Assembly (NCBI GenBank): GCA_964387895.1
Contig: CAYLWX010000004.1
Span: 5,303 to 69,302 of the forward strand
DNA length: 64,000 nucleotides
Direction: 5' to 3'
Source of the DNA: an uncultured Bdellovibrionales bacterium
Lineage (GTDB): Bacteria; Patescibacteriota; Minisyncoccia; Moranbacterales; UBA2206
Under the pieces are notes generated by a model. That model saw nothing but the letters and a program-made list of their open reading frames with translations, had not been told where the DNA came from and ran no database searches. Below are positions 53,387 to 61,920 of this stretch, piece by piece. Position numbers and translations under genes: made by a program. Position 1 is the stretch's first letter; each line of letters starts with the position of its first letter.

Positions 53387-56140
53387 CTACAAAGAAACAA
53401 TATATTCCAAGCTGTCTATAAGCAATTCTTTTGCCCGCGCGTCAGTTTTTTTAAACTGATTGGGATTTTTAAGTTGGACGATTAAAGTATTAATATATCT
53501 TTTATACGACACATTCATTCTTTCTTCTATTTCCTCCCTGGTACTTTCAGGAATACGCGGATTATTTCTTATTTTTTCCATGTGCTCCAGAAAATGTCTG
53601 GCAACCCGCGCATAAGATTCCAGTACTTTTTTATCGCTTTTGCTTTTTATAAGTCCCAACTGGTAATATTGGCGAATATTACGCGCTATGGAATCCAGGG
53701 AAGAAACCGCAGTAAAAGAGACCTCTTTCCAACTCTCATTTCCAGCTTCATCGATGGCAGTTATTTTCAGCGTGTGAGTTCCGGTTTTCTGGAGAGATAA
53801 ATCTATTTCTTCCTGATTGAATACATTGCCATCTAAATAAAGCTTGATCTTGATATGTTCCGGAATCGTCACGTCATCTTTTGTTTGATACTGTATCTTC
53901 ACGCTTTGATCATTGAGATACTCCTTTTCTTCCGGAGAAAAAATTTCTACGACCGGGGGAACATTGTCTTTTTCTTCAGTGATAATTTCATCTTCTTCTA
54001 CTTTGATAATTCGCTCCTGCTCCTGCCCCATTGTCACTGATCCTCGCAACATTCCTCCTATCTCTGTAGCGCCCTCTGGATCAGTTTCATCCTGCGATAT
54101 TTTGGCAATTTCTATGGCATACTCCCCTTCTCCTGTCCCGCGGGTAAGAACCTTATATTCCCCGTCTTCCGGATTGGGAATGGTAATAAATTCCGTGTCG
54201 GTGTCATATCCGGTGTAATAGGCGCCTGGAATTTCATTGAGAAGCTCTCCGGTAGCGAAATTCTTCCCCACTCTTTTTCCACCTGGAGCTATGATTTGGA
54301 TGTCAATGGGAGAAAAGACGTTAAAAAGGAGAATATTGGGGATATGCCATTCGTCTACGTAATAGCAATCTTCTTCTTCAATGTTAGCCAGTTCGTATAG
54401 TATTTTACATTGGGATTTGGTTGGTAAATCTTTATGCACAGAATTAATTTCAATAGAAGTATTAGGACTAATTGCCTGTGAACTGGACTTTGGAACTGTT
54501 TCATCTCCTTCTTCATATTCCAATCCCTGATCAGTTTCATCATCATAAAAATTTTCCGGCATACCATGCTCCCAAAGGCCTGACTTCGTGCTGTCAACTA
54601 CCCTTATCTTTGAAATAGTAGTTTGTTCATTGCTAATATTCCCTGTAATATTGATGAAGTTAACTTTATTTAATTTTTGTATATTTTCTTCTTCATTAAG
54701 TTCTTCCAGAAAATTATTTGTCGGGTAATTCCTGGGATAATTTCTCATCTCTTCTAAAGATACATCAAAAAGATAGCTATAATCTGGAAGTAATTCTTTT
54801 ACGGAAGGAACTTCGTTTCGGATATATGTGTATATGTCCCCATAGCCATTATGCTTTGCTTCATTTTTAAAGTGATGTTTAGCTAATCCTTCTTGTAAAC
54901 CAAAAAATCCTTCTCCAGCTTCCCATTTTAGATATGCTTCCGGCACTCCTTTGTGTGGCGTCCCCAGAGTAACAAGCTGGTCAATATTATCTTTATATTC
55001 ATTGCCCTCTACATGCGCCCGCGCCACAAGCCCTCCCATGCTGTGCGCCGCAATATCAACTCTGGATACTTTTGTTTGAGATATAATTTCTTTAATTTTC
55101 TCAGCCAGATCAGCAGAGGTGATTTCATTGCTTTTATGCCAATCATACGGGAACTCAAAAAGATTTTTATCTTTTTCATACCCATTTTCCTGAAACGATT
55201 GCGCCAGATTATCATACGTGTGAAGAATAGGATCAAGCTTCCACTTTCCCCACACTTTTTCTGATCCTGTAATCCCGGGAACAATAACTACTGGATCAGC
55301 TATCACTTCACTGCTTTTCCATCCATCCAAAAACACATCTCCTTTTACTATTTCTCCCTGCGTATCATCATTGGGAATTTCTCCGGATGGACCACCAGGA
55401 TCACCATACCAGTTATTCTTTAGTAACACTCTTCTCCTGCATTCCGCGGAAATCCCGCAATATACTTTGGACATCACCGCTGTATTATCGTCGTTATCTT
55501 CAAAATTAGAATTTACTATTTCCAAAAAATCCCCCTGGTTTTCATCTTTCAAATCAAGCTCCACTCCAATATCAGCGTAGCTGTTGCCAATAAAGAAAGA
55601 ATTTTCAATGTGCAATTTTCCCGAAAAGAAGTATAACGCCGGTATGCCTTCAATTTCCCACGCGCGCGCGGTATGAACAAAAATATCTTTCATTGCCACA
55701 GGGCCACCATCTGAAAAGTTTCCTAAATTGGATATCTCCACATAACGCAAGAAAGAGGCCTCCGCGCCGGGAGGACTCCTGAATTGAATAAAAGATCCGC
55801 TATCAGGATCCGAAGCGGTAATTTTTACTTTTTCTTTTTCCGTTCCGTTGGCTACGATTCTCCCATCGCTTACAAAAATAGCAGCGCTGTGTCCTGAAAC
55901 AAACTCTATTTTTGTCCCTTTTTCAAGGGTTAGCGTGGCATTATTCTCTATAACTACGTCCCTATCAAATACCAATGTATCATCTTTTGTCCAGGTGGTA
56001 TCATGATCAACAGTTATATACTCGTATGCCCGCGCTTCATTTTCTCGAATTGCTTCATATCTGTATCCAAGATAGATACACACTACTATAACAGCCGCTA
56101 CCACACTGAGAAATCTCTTGGGGTTATTTTTTCTGTGCAT
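53387..56140 (-). CDS. Large secreted/anchored protein with an alpha/beta-hydrolase (lipase/esterase, PGAP1/LCAT-like) domain
   Basis: 917 aa with N-terminal anchor FLSVVAAVIVVCIYLGY and a GxSxG nucleophile elbow (IAAHSMGGLVARAHV) followed by a conserved Asp/His region. An N-terminal beta-rich domain and a C-terminal Ig-like region are plausible. Confidence 0.5.
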   Translation of the reverse strand: MHRKNNPKRFLSVVAAVIVVCIYLGYRYEAIRENEARAYEYITVDHDTTWTKDDTLVFDRDVVIENNATLTLEKGTKIEFVSGHSAAIFVSDGRIVANGTEKEKVKITASDPDSGSFIQFRSPPGAEASFLRYVEISNLGNFSDGGPVAMKDIFVHTARAWEIEGIPALYFFSGKLHIENSFFIGNSYADIGVELDLKDENQGDFLEIVNSNFEDNDDNTAVMSKVYCGISAECRRRVLLKNNWYGDPGGPSGEIPNDDTQGEIVKGDVFLDGWKSSEVIADPVVIVPGITGSEKVWGKWKLDPILHTYDNLAQSFQENGYEKDKNLFEFPYDWHKSNEITSADLAEKIKEIISQTKVSRVDIAAHSMGGLVARAHVEGNEYKDNIDQLVTLGTPHKGVPEAYLKWEAGEGFFGLQEGLAKHHFKNEAKHNGYGDIYTYIRNEVPSVKELLPDYSYLFDVSLEEMRNYPRNYPTNNFLEELNEEENIQKLNKVNFINITGNISNEQTTISKIRVVDSTKSGLWEHGMPENFYDDETDQGLEYEEGDETVPKSSSQAISPNTSIEINSVHKDLPTKSQCKILYELANIEEEDCYYVDEWHIPNILLFNVFSPIDIQIIAPGGKRVGKNFATGELLNEIPGAYYTGYDTDTEFITIPNPEDGEYKVLTRGTGEGEYAIEIAKISQDETDPEGATEIGGMLRGSVTMGQEQERIIKVEEDEIITEEKDNVPPVVEIFSPEEKEYLNDQSVKIQYQTKDDVTIPEHIKIKLYLDGNVFNQEEIDLSLQKTGTHTLKITAIDEAGNESWKEVSFTAVSSLDSIARNIRQYYQLGLIKSKSDKKVLESYARVARHFLEHMEKIRNNPRIPESTREEIEERMNVSYKRYINTLIVQLKNPNQFKKTDARAKELLIDSLEYIVSL

Positions 56141-56160
56141 TTTTATTTTTCAAAACATTA

Positions 56161-56481
56161 TTAAGCGTTTTTCTTTAAACTATTCTTGTTTTTTAGCTTA
56201 TTCCTAATAAAACCACTTACCAGGATAGCAAAAATCACTATATTAATTATCGGCCAAATCTTAATAGAAAAAGTACGTAACCATATCAAGTCATGGAACT
56301 TGAAGACTCTTGAACTTGACCACACCATTAAATACACAGAAAAATTTCCAAATAAAGAAAAGATAAAAAAAGAAGCTAATGCTTTTCGAGCAAATATAAA
56401 TGTAATAACCCCAAGCAATCCTGAAGTTATCAATAAAAAATATAGAACTTTTAAATCTGTAAACGAATCTCCAAAAAACAT
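56161..56481 (-). CDS. Small membrane protein (hypothetical)
   Basis: 106 aa with three hydrophobic helices. Low GC, no motif. Confidence 0.3.
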   Translation of the reverse strand: MFFGDSFTDLKVLYFLLITSGLLGVITFIFARKALASFFIFSLFGNFSVYLMVWSSSRVFKFHDLIWLRTFSIKIWPIINIVIFAILVSGFIRNKLKNKNSLKKNA

Positions 56482-56596
56482 AGTTTTATGTTAATATTTA
56501 TTATCACCCCTTAAGTAAAGATATTATACCATAGTCTTAAATTAAAATTAAAAAAACGATTAACCAATAAATTTTTTGCAAGTGAAAGCCATAAGC

Positions 56597-57337
56597 TCAA
56601 GCCTCATCCAGCAACCTGACAAGCGGTTCTTCCCATCCAAAACAAGTTTCGCGGTTGGCAAGTTTCTCAAATGTTTTGACGCATCGAGGATCGCGGGTGG
56701 CAAATTCTTCCAGCACATTCACTACTTCTTCCACAAACCCTCCAACTTCCCCGTCGGAATCATCCACTCCGCCGCGACAAAGTTTATTATCCAGCCGCAA
56801 TAACAAGTTCACCAGAAGCACAGCAGTCTGTTTGCTTATCGGAAGATTGGAAATTATTTTCGAGAGACGACTTACTCCTTCTGAAAGAGAACTTTGATAC
56901 GAAAACCACAGACGAGACGGTCCGTTATAAGGCTTTATATATTTCATGGCATCGGTAATTTCTTTTTTAACTGCCGAAAATTCTTCCTTATTCAGCTCTC
57001 CCAATCTTCCGCTGCATTCAGCGCCCGCAACGATCCTCTTTTCTTCATCGTTGAGCGGCCTGCCGCCGGCCACTGCCTGAATCGCGACCGCCACCATATG
57101 TTTGCAAAGCGTGTCATTCTGTCCGAGATAACAATTGCAATCACCCCGATCAAAATGCCGCCCGTCCACATACACATTATATGGTTTCGTCCCAAGCACC
57201 ACCGCCCGAAATCTGCCAAACTCTTCCTGAAACTGCGTCACCTTCCCGCTTTCATACAAATCCACCGCTTTTTCAAACGTCGGCGGATCAGTGGCGAATT
57301 TTATTTTGTCTAAATTGTAGGATGGGAGATGTAGCAT
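56597..57337 (-). CDS. SWIM zinc-finger domain protein
   Basis: 246 aa with CNCYLGQNDTLCKHMVAV (the CxC...CxH SWIM signature). GC (mid-40s) is notably higher than in the adjacent low-GC R-M island. Confidence 0.5.
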   Translation of the reverse strand: MLHLPSYNLDKIKFATDPPTFEKAVDLYESGKVTQFQEEFGRFRAVVLGTKPYNVYVDGRHFDRGDCNCYLGQNDTLCKHMVAVAIQAVAGGRPLNDEEKRIVAGAECSGRLGELNKEEFSAVKKEITDAMKYIKPYNGPSRLWFSYQSSLSEGVSRLSKIISNLPISKQTAVLLVNLLLRLDNKLCRGGVDDSDGEVGGFVEEVVNVLEEFATRDPRCVKTFEKLANRETCFGWEEPLVRLLDEA

Positions 57338-57367
57338 AGAATCATTAAGCTTCAGATCACTTTATAT

Positions 57368-58144
57368 TTAATTTTCCAAGCCAGCTTTAAGAAGTAACTC
57401 ATCAATAGAAAAAGAAAAATAAATTGGCATCTTAATATCAGGAAACTCACCAAAATCATTATAAGGCAAATACCTCCAGTCATTGAGTTTATTATGGGCT
57501 ACAGCATATAATTGAATACCGAGTGTGGAAGGTATTATTTTCGTATAAGGTATCTCAAGGCCATCTTTTATCCTGTGATAACTGGCTTCAGAACTCGTAA
57601 CAACCCCTTTGTTATATAATGCTATTAAGTCCTTTTCAACACTTATGATATTACTATTTTCAAGTTCCTTAGTCGCAAACCATATAGAATATTCATTAAG
57701 TTCATTAATCACACCAACATCTGGCCTCTGTTTATCAACAGGCATTTCCAGCCAAAGTTTATTTAATGATCTATAAAAAATATAATGAAGAAGTAGCTGT
57801 TGGGATGAAAGTGATTTAATAATATCAATATAGTAAACTCCCCTGTCATCTTTCCCGTCTACACTTCTTGATGAGGCCAAAATACCTCCAAAATATTCCG
57901 CACAAATCGTTTCATCAGTAAATGATCCGCTCCAAAAAACATCTCGTGCAACTCTTAAATTGGCATTTTTACTATCTTTTATGTTTGATTTTCTTATCGC
58001 GACAGAAACTATCTTGTTTCTTCCAGCTGTATATATTTTTTCAAAATCATTTCCAATCTTATCAAAAGTTGGACCAAGCAACTTTTTAACCATCCATTCA
58101 TATGGCATGGAACTAGCTAATTGCTTGTTATTTTCTTCACTCAT
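57368..58144 (-). CDS. Hypothetical protein co-located with the R-M/Vsr module
   Basis: 258-aa low-GC ORF starting 30 bp downstream of vsr. No recognisable motif. It has the same composition as the R-M genes. Confidence 0.4.
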   Translation of the reverse strand: MSEENNKQLASSMPYEWMVKKLLGPTFDKIGNDFEKIYTAGRNKIVSVAIRKSNIKDSKNANLRVARDVFWSGSFTDETICAEYFGGILASSRSVDGKDDRGVYYIDIIKSLSSQQLLLHYIFYRSLNKLWLEMPVDKQRPDVGVINELNEYSIWFATKELENSNIISVEKDLIALYNKGVVTSSEASYHRIKDGLEIPYTKIIPSTLGIQLYAVAHNKLNDWRYLPYNDFGEFPDIKMPIYFSFSIDELLLKAGLEN

Positions 58145-58176
58145 ATAAAAATATTCTACGAGTTACATACTGAACT

Positions 58177-58626
58177 TTATTTATGATTGATACTTTTACT
58201 TATGTTTTTATTCGTTTCTACTTTCAAAAACAATTTTGCCCTTCTTTCTAAAAAAACCATATCCTTTAACTGACATTCCCACACAACCATAACTCCCCAT
58301 CCCATTTTTCTCAACTGAGAAATATTCCTCCTGTCTCTCTCCTTATTGGATAATCTCTTCTTCTGCCAGAAGTCACGGTTAGTTTCAGGAATGACTTTTC
58401 CGTATTTACATTTATGCATATGCCAATAGCAGCCATTTACAAAAATTGTTTTGTTTAATTTTGGAAAAACAAGATCTGGCTTTCCTGGTAGATTCCTGCC
58501 ATGAAGCCTGTAACGATACCCCAGCCTATGCAAAAAAGACCTGAGCAACATCTCAGGCCTGGTATTCTTTGATCGAATATTCGACATGTTGCGTGATCTC
58601 TGTTCACGAGTCAGTACATCAATCAT
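58177..58626 (-). CDS. vsr: Very-short-patch repair endonuclease Vsr
   Basis: From the Met at 58626: MIDVLTREQRSRNMSNIRSKNTRPEMLLRSFLHRLGYRYRLHGRNLPGKPDLVFP...FVNGCYWHMHKC. This is the canonical Vsr sequence. Confidence 0.9.
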   Translation of the reverse strand: MIDVLTREQRSRNMSNIRSKNTRPEMLLRSFLHRLGYRYRLHGRNLPGKPDLVFPKLNKTIFVNGCYWHMHKCKYGKVIPETNRDFWQKKRLSNKERDRRNISQLRKMGWGVMVVWECQLKDMVFLERRAKLFLKVETNKNISKSINHK

Positions 58627-59782
58627 GTTTTGAAACCTTATCCACCAACTGTATAAATTTATCGAGCTCAAGTATCTCAATGCTGCGGTTTTTAGGATAA
58701 TCTTTTTGCAGTTTTTTCGGAATTATCAGAGATACATTGGCTTTGCGCATATCTTCAAGCTGCCTGCCTGATATTGATGGTTGAAGTGTCAGGATATATT
58801 TCTTTTTTATCTTTATTCCTTCATTTAATACCTGCCGCCATCTATCCTTGCATGTTGTTTTCAGTCCCACTATAAAAATCTTTTCTTTTTGGTAACTATT
58901 ATCATAATAAGCCTTTTCATCCGGAATAATTATATCAGGACACCCATCTATTTTTGGTTGCATTTTATGGGGTATATTGGAATTCTGCAATATATAATCC
59001 ACATGATTTTCAAGAGACCTGCCCGCTCTTGATTTTCTTCTGTTCATTATACTGGCAGCAGTTTTAAGAAAATCATCAATATCCCTGAATACTCTCGCAA
59101 TTTCCGCATGACAAATTTGTCTTTCTGCGTATTGAAAAAGCTGATATTCTGTCTGGTAATACTTTAATAACGCATCATCAGGAGAAAGCTCAGAAAAATT
59201 CTTATAACAGTTTAAAAGGATTTCTCTTGTTTTCTTTGAAAAATCACTTCCACTGGGAAAAGACGTGAGATCTTTTATAAATCCAAGTATTTTTTTCTCG
59301 ATACACTCATTTTCTCCTTCAATTACCGGCTTTCCATTGTCGTAAACAGCCCAATGTTCAAAAGGAGATACTCCAAGTGCAGTAATAATTTCGTCTATGT
59401 CATCATCGTCATCAAGAACATACGCAAAAAATTCGCTGGTGGACTTTGGAATTATTACCAATAAATCCCCCACTGTATCTGGTATCAAATAAGAAAAATC
59501 TTTACCAAAGCATGTCAACCTGTATTCATGTCTTGTCTCTTTTCCATACCATTTGATTTTCGATCTTGTAACTCTGTCCGGCCATATTATTCTGACTTCA
59601 TGATCTCTGTTTTCTCCTTTTTTTGGAGCATATGGAGTATACATACTCCATGCAGAAAAAGGCATATAGAAACCGCACTGATGACTTCCAGTGATTCCCA
59701 CGTCATTAGGCGAAATGAATTTCATTATCGCCTTTCCATACCTTAATGCATCTTCAACAGCTTGTTCTTTAAAAACAGACAT
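58619..59782 (-). CDS. EcoRII-family type IIE restriction endonuclease (predicted CCWGG specificity)
   Basis: 387 aa. The N-terminal effector-domain motif is SPNDVGITGSHQCGFYMP. The C-terminal catalytic region is NRRKSRAGRSLENH...GLKTTCKDRWRQVLNEG...LTLQPSISGRQLEDMRKANVSLIIP. As I recall R.EcoRII, these align closely with it. It overlaps vsr by 8 nt. Confidence 0.75.
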   Translation of the reverse strand: MSVFKEQAVEDALRYGKAIMKFISPNDVGITGSHQCGFYMPFSAWSMYTPYAPKKGENRDHEVRIIWPDRVTRSKIKWYGKETRHEYRLTCFGKDFSYLIPDTVGDLLVIIPKSTSEFFAYVLDDDDDIDEIITALGVSPFEHWAVYDNGKPVIEGENECIEKKILGFIKDLTSFPSGSDFSKKTREILLNCYKNFSELSPDDALLKYYQTEYQLFQYAERQICHAEIARVFRDIDDFLKTAASIMNRRKSRAGRSLENHVDYILQNSNIPHKMQPKIDGCPDIIIPDEKAYYDNSYQKEKIFIVGLKTTCKDRWRQVLNEGIKIKKKYILTLQPSISGRQLEDMRKANVSLIIPKKLQKDYPKNRSIEILELDKFIQLVDKVSKHD

Positions 59783-59792
59783 ACTATTTTAA

Positions 59793-60869
59793 TTATATTC
59801 TCTTTCTTTTCTTAAATTTTTCGAAGGTTTTCAGGATATTCTGTCCAACAGACTCTATCGCAGGCACAACAACAGCATTACCAAACTGCTTGTATGCCTG
59901 TGTATCGGATACTACCAGTTGAAGCTTGTCAGGAAACCCCATCAGTCTTGCACATTCTCTGGGAGTCAGACGACGAGGAGGATTATTCTTTTGCTTTATT
60001 AAAATCTCAGACCCATCTTTATAATACCTCGCACTTAACGTTCGAGTTATTCCCTCAGTATTTGCCATTCCAAATCCAAATCCATTCCCCTTTGCCTTGT
60101 GTTTCTCAGCATACTTCTGAAGATAATCCCACATATGTTCTGTTAAAGTATATTTTTTTTCAGGTTTATTTTCAAGTATGTTCTTCAGTTTTGGCCGAAT
60201 ATTAACAGGCTTATCCGGAAATTTAAAATCGGGGTTATCTCCAAATCTTCTCTTGTCAAAACAAATTATAAATACTCTTTCTCTATGTTGCGGTACCCAG
60301 GAGGCGGCATCATATACCATGGAAAAGACAATGTAATCCATTTCTTTAAGCGTACTTTGAATGATTCCCCAGGTTCTTCCCCCATTATGAGACTGGAGAT
60401 TTTTTACATTCTCAAGAAACAAAATAGGTGGCCTTTTTGCCTGAATAATTGTTGCCAGAGAAAAGAAAAGATTGCCCTGTTTCTCGTCCTTGAATCCGTG
60501 CGCTCTTCCAAGACTCTTTTTCTTTGACACTCCTGCAATGGAAAAAGGCTGACATGGAAATCCTGCAGCAAGAATATCATGATCCGGGATACTCGCTGGA
60601 TTTATCTTTCTGATGTCTCCTTCTGGCATATCTCCAAACCATGCCTTGTAGGTTTTCTGAGCATATTTATCCCACTCAGAAGTAAAAACGCACTGACCTC
60701 CAAGCTTTTCAAATGCAATCCTGAACCCTCCTATTCCTGCAAACAAGTCAATAAAAGTAAATTTTTTTTTATCCTTTATATTTTTCATATGTTCACTATA
60801 CCAGTGACTTTCATCTTCCCTGCTTATCCAACTCCGATAAGTTATTAACGAAATCTGGTGACTGGACAT
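59793..60869 (-). CDS. DNA (cytosine-5)-methyltransferase (Dcm/M.EcoRII-like)
   Basis: 358 aa. Motif I is FIDLFAGIGGF, motif IV GFPCQPFSIAG, motif VI ENVKNL, motif VIII RERVFII. Confidence 0.9.
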   Translation of the reverse strand: MSSHQISLITYRSWISREDESHWYSEHMKNIKDKKKFTFIDLFAGIGGFRIAFEKLGGQCVFTSEWDKYAQKTYKAWFGDMPEGDIRKINPASIPDHDILAAGFPCQPFSIAGVSKKKSLGRAHGFKDEKQGNLFFSLATIIQAKRPPILFLENVKNLQSHNGGRTWGIIQSTLKEMDYIVFSMVYDAASWVPQHRERVFIICFDKRRFGDNPDFKFPDKPVNIRPKLKNILENKPEKKYTLTEHMWDYLQKYAEKHKAKGNGFGFGMANTEGITRTLSARYYKDGSEILIKQKNNPPRRLTPRECARLMGFPDKLQLVVSDTQAYKQFGNAVVVPAIESVGQNILKTFEKFKKRKRI

Positions 60870-60936
60870 AATTTTAACTTGTGGAAGAGATATACTAAAT
60901 TTAGCATAAGACTTCCATTTGCTCCAGGTTTTATTT

Positions 60937-61575
60937 TTATCTTGTCTTGCTCAAATTCAAAATCACCTTCCCCTCAAAACACATCTCCGGATAAATAGGG
61001 ATATTTTTATAATTCGGGTTTTCCGGTTTCAGGTATGTTTTTTTATTTTCAGCGACAAATCTTTTTACTGTGGTGCCGTCCTCATATCTGGCTACCACAA
61101 TGTCCCCCGACTTATATTCCTTCGTTTTCTTCACTAAAAGCATATCCCCGTCATCAATACCGGCATTGATCATGGAATCCCCGTAGACTTTAATGATAAA
61201 CACTTCTTCCTGCAGTTCATCTATCCTTTCATTTTCCATAACCTCATTGCGAAGCGTTTCCCATTTTACAAAAACCTCTTCAAAAGATTCCACATACGGC
61301 CCGCAGGAACTCGCTCCTGCCACCGGAATCAGTTTTTTCTTTCCCAGCACCCTTAGTCCCAACGGCAGAATTTTTATGCTCCGAGCCTGTCCTTCTTCGC
61401 GTTTTATGTAGCCGTTTCTCTCCAGCGCTTCAAGAAAATTCAACACCGACTGATTGGAAGAAACATTCAGTGCTGCCCGAAGGTCGGCCAGACTTGGCGG
61501 AAAACCTTCCGTTGCGATGCAGTGATAAATTATTTCCAGGACTTTTTTTTGTTTTGGAGTAATCGCCGAGTGCAT
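60937..61575 (-). CDS. lexA: LexA repressor (S24 peptidase)
   Basis: 212 aa. N-terminal winged HTH, the Ala-Gly cleavage-site region (PVAGAS), and catalytic Ser/Lys in VYGDSMINAGI...LLVKK. Confidence 0.85.
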   Translation of the reverse strand: MHSAITPKQKKVLEIIYHCIATEGFPPSLADLRAALNVSSNQSVLNFLEALERNGYIKREEGQARSIKILPLGLRVLGKKKLIPVAGASSCGPYVESFEEVFVKWETLRNEVMENERIDELQEEVFIIKVYGDSMINAGIDDGDMLLVKKTKEYKSGDIVVARYEDGTTVKRFVAENKKTYLKPENPNYKNIPIYPEMCFEGKVILNLSKTR

Positions 61576-61617
61576 GCCTTTATTATATGTGACTAAATAG
61601 TCTAGTCAATATTGAAC

Positions 61618-61629
61618 CTGTGGATAACT
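61618..61629. promoter_or_regulatory. 12-mer CTGTGGATAACT (contains a perfect DnaA box / CTGT-N6-CTGT direct repeat) upstream of lexA
   Basis: Lies 43 bp upstream of the lexA start and is identical to 42233-42244. It could be this lineage's LexA operator or a DnaA box. Confidence 0.3.
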
Positions 61630-61704
61630 GTAAATAAAAACTTCTTTCTTTATGCCAAGCCGGCCTTTATACTAAAATCAAGATAAATTCATTAACAAAA
61701 CAAT

Positions 61705-61914
61705 ATGCGCCCCATCAAAATTGCTCAGGAATGGGATTTCATAGTCAATGAAACCCACCGCGAGCAGCCGGACAAAAAAACTGCACTAAAAAGAGAGCTT
61801 TTGTTCGCTCTCCAGATTTTATTGGGTCAAATTGAATCCGCCGTAAAGTCCGGACAAGCAAACTTTTTCAGCAACAATTATTTTTTGGTAAAAGAAAAAT
61901 ACTTGTCTTTATAA
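61705..61914 (+). CDS. Small hypothetical protein divergent from lexA
   Basis: 69-aa ORF with an ATG start and GC similar to native genes. No motif; existence uncertain. Confidence 0.25.
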   Translation: MRPIKIAQEWDFIVNETHREQPDKKTALKRELLFALQILLGQIESAVKSGQANFFSNNYFLVKEKYLSL

Positions 61915-61920
61915 TCCCCC

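Noticed and set aside
56655-57313. Two plus-strand ORFs (80 and 139 aa) opposite the SWIM gene
   Set aside because: Antisense frames of a higher-GC gene. Pro/Arg/Ser-rich, with no start signals.
61576-61704. Classical LexA boxes (CTGT-N8-ACAG or GAAC-N4-GTTC) upstream of lexA
   Set aside because: No inverted-repeat match to either consensus. Only the direct-repeat-like CTGTGGATAACTGT was found, and it is reported separately as a hypothesis.
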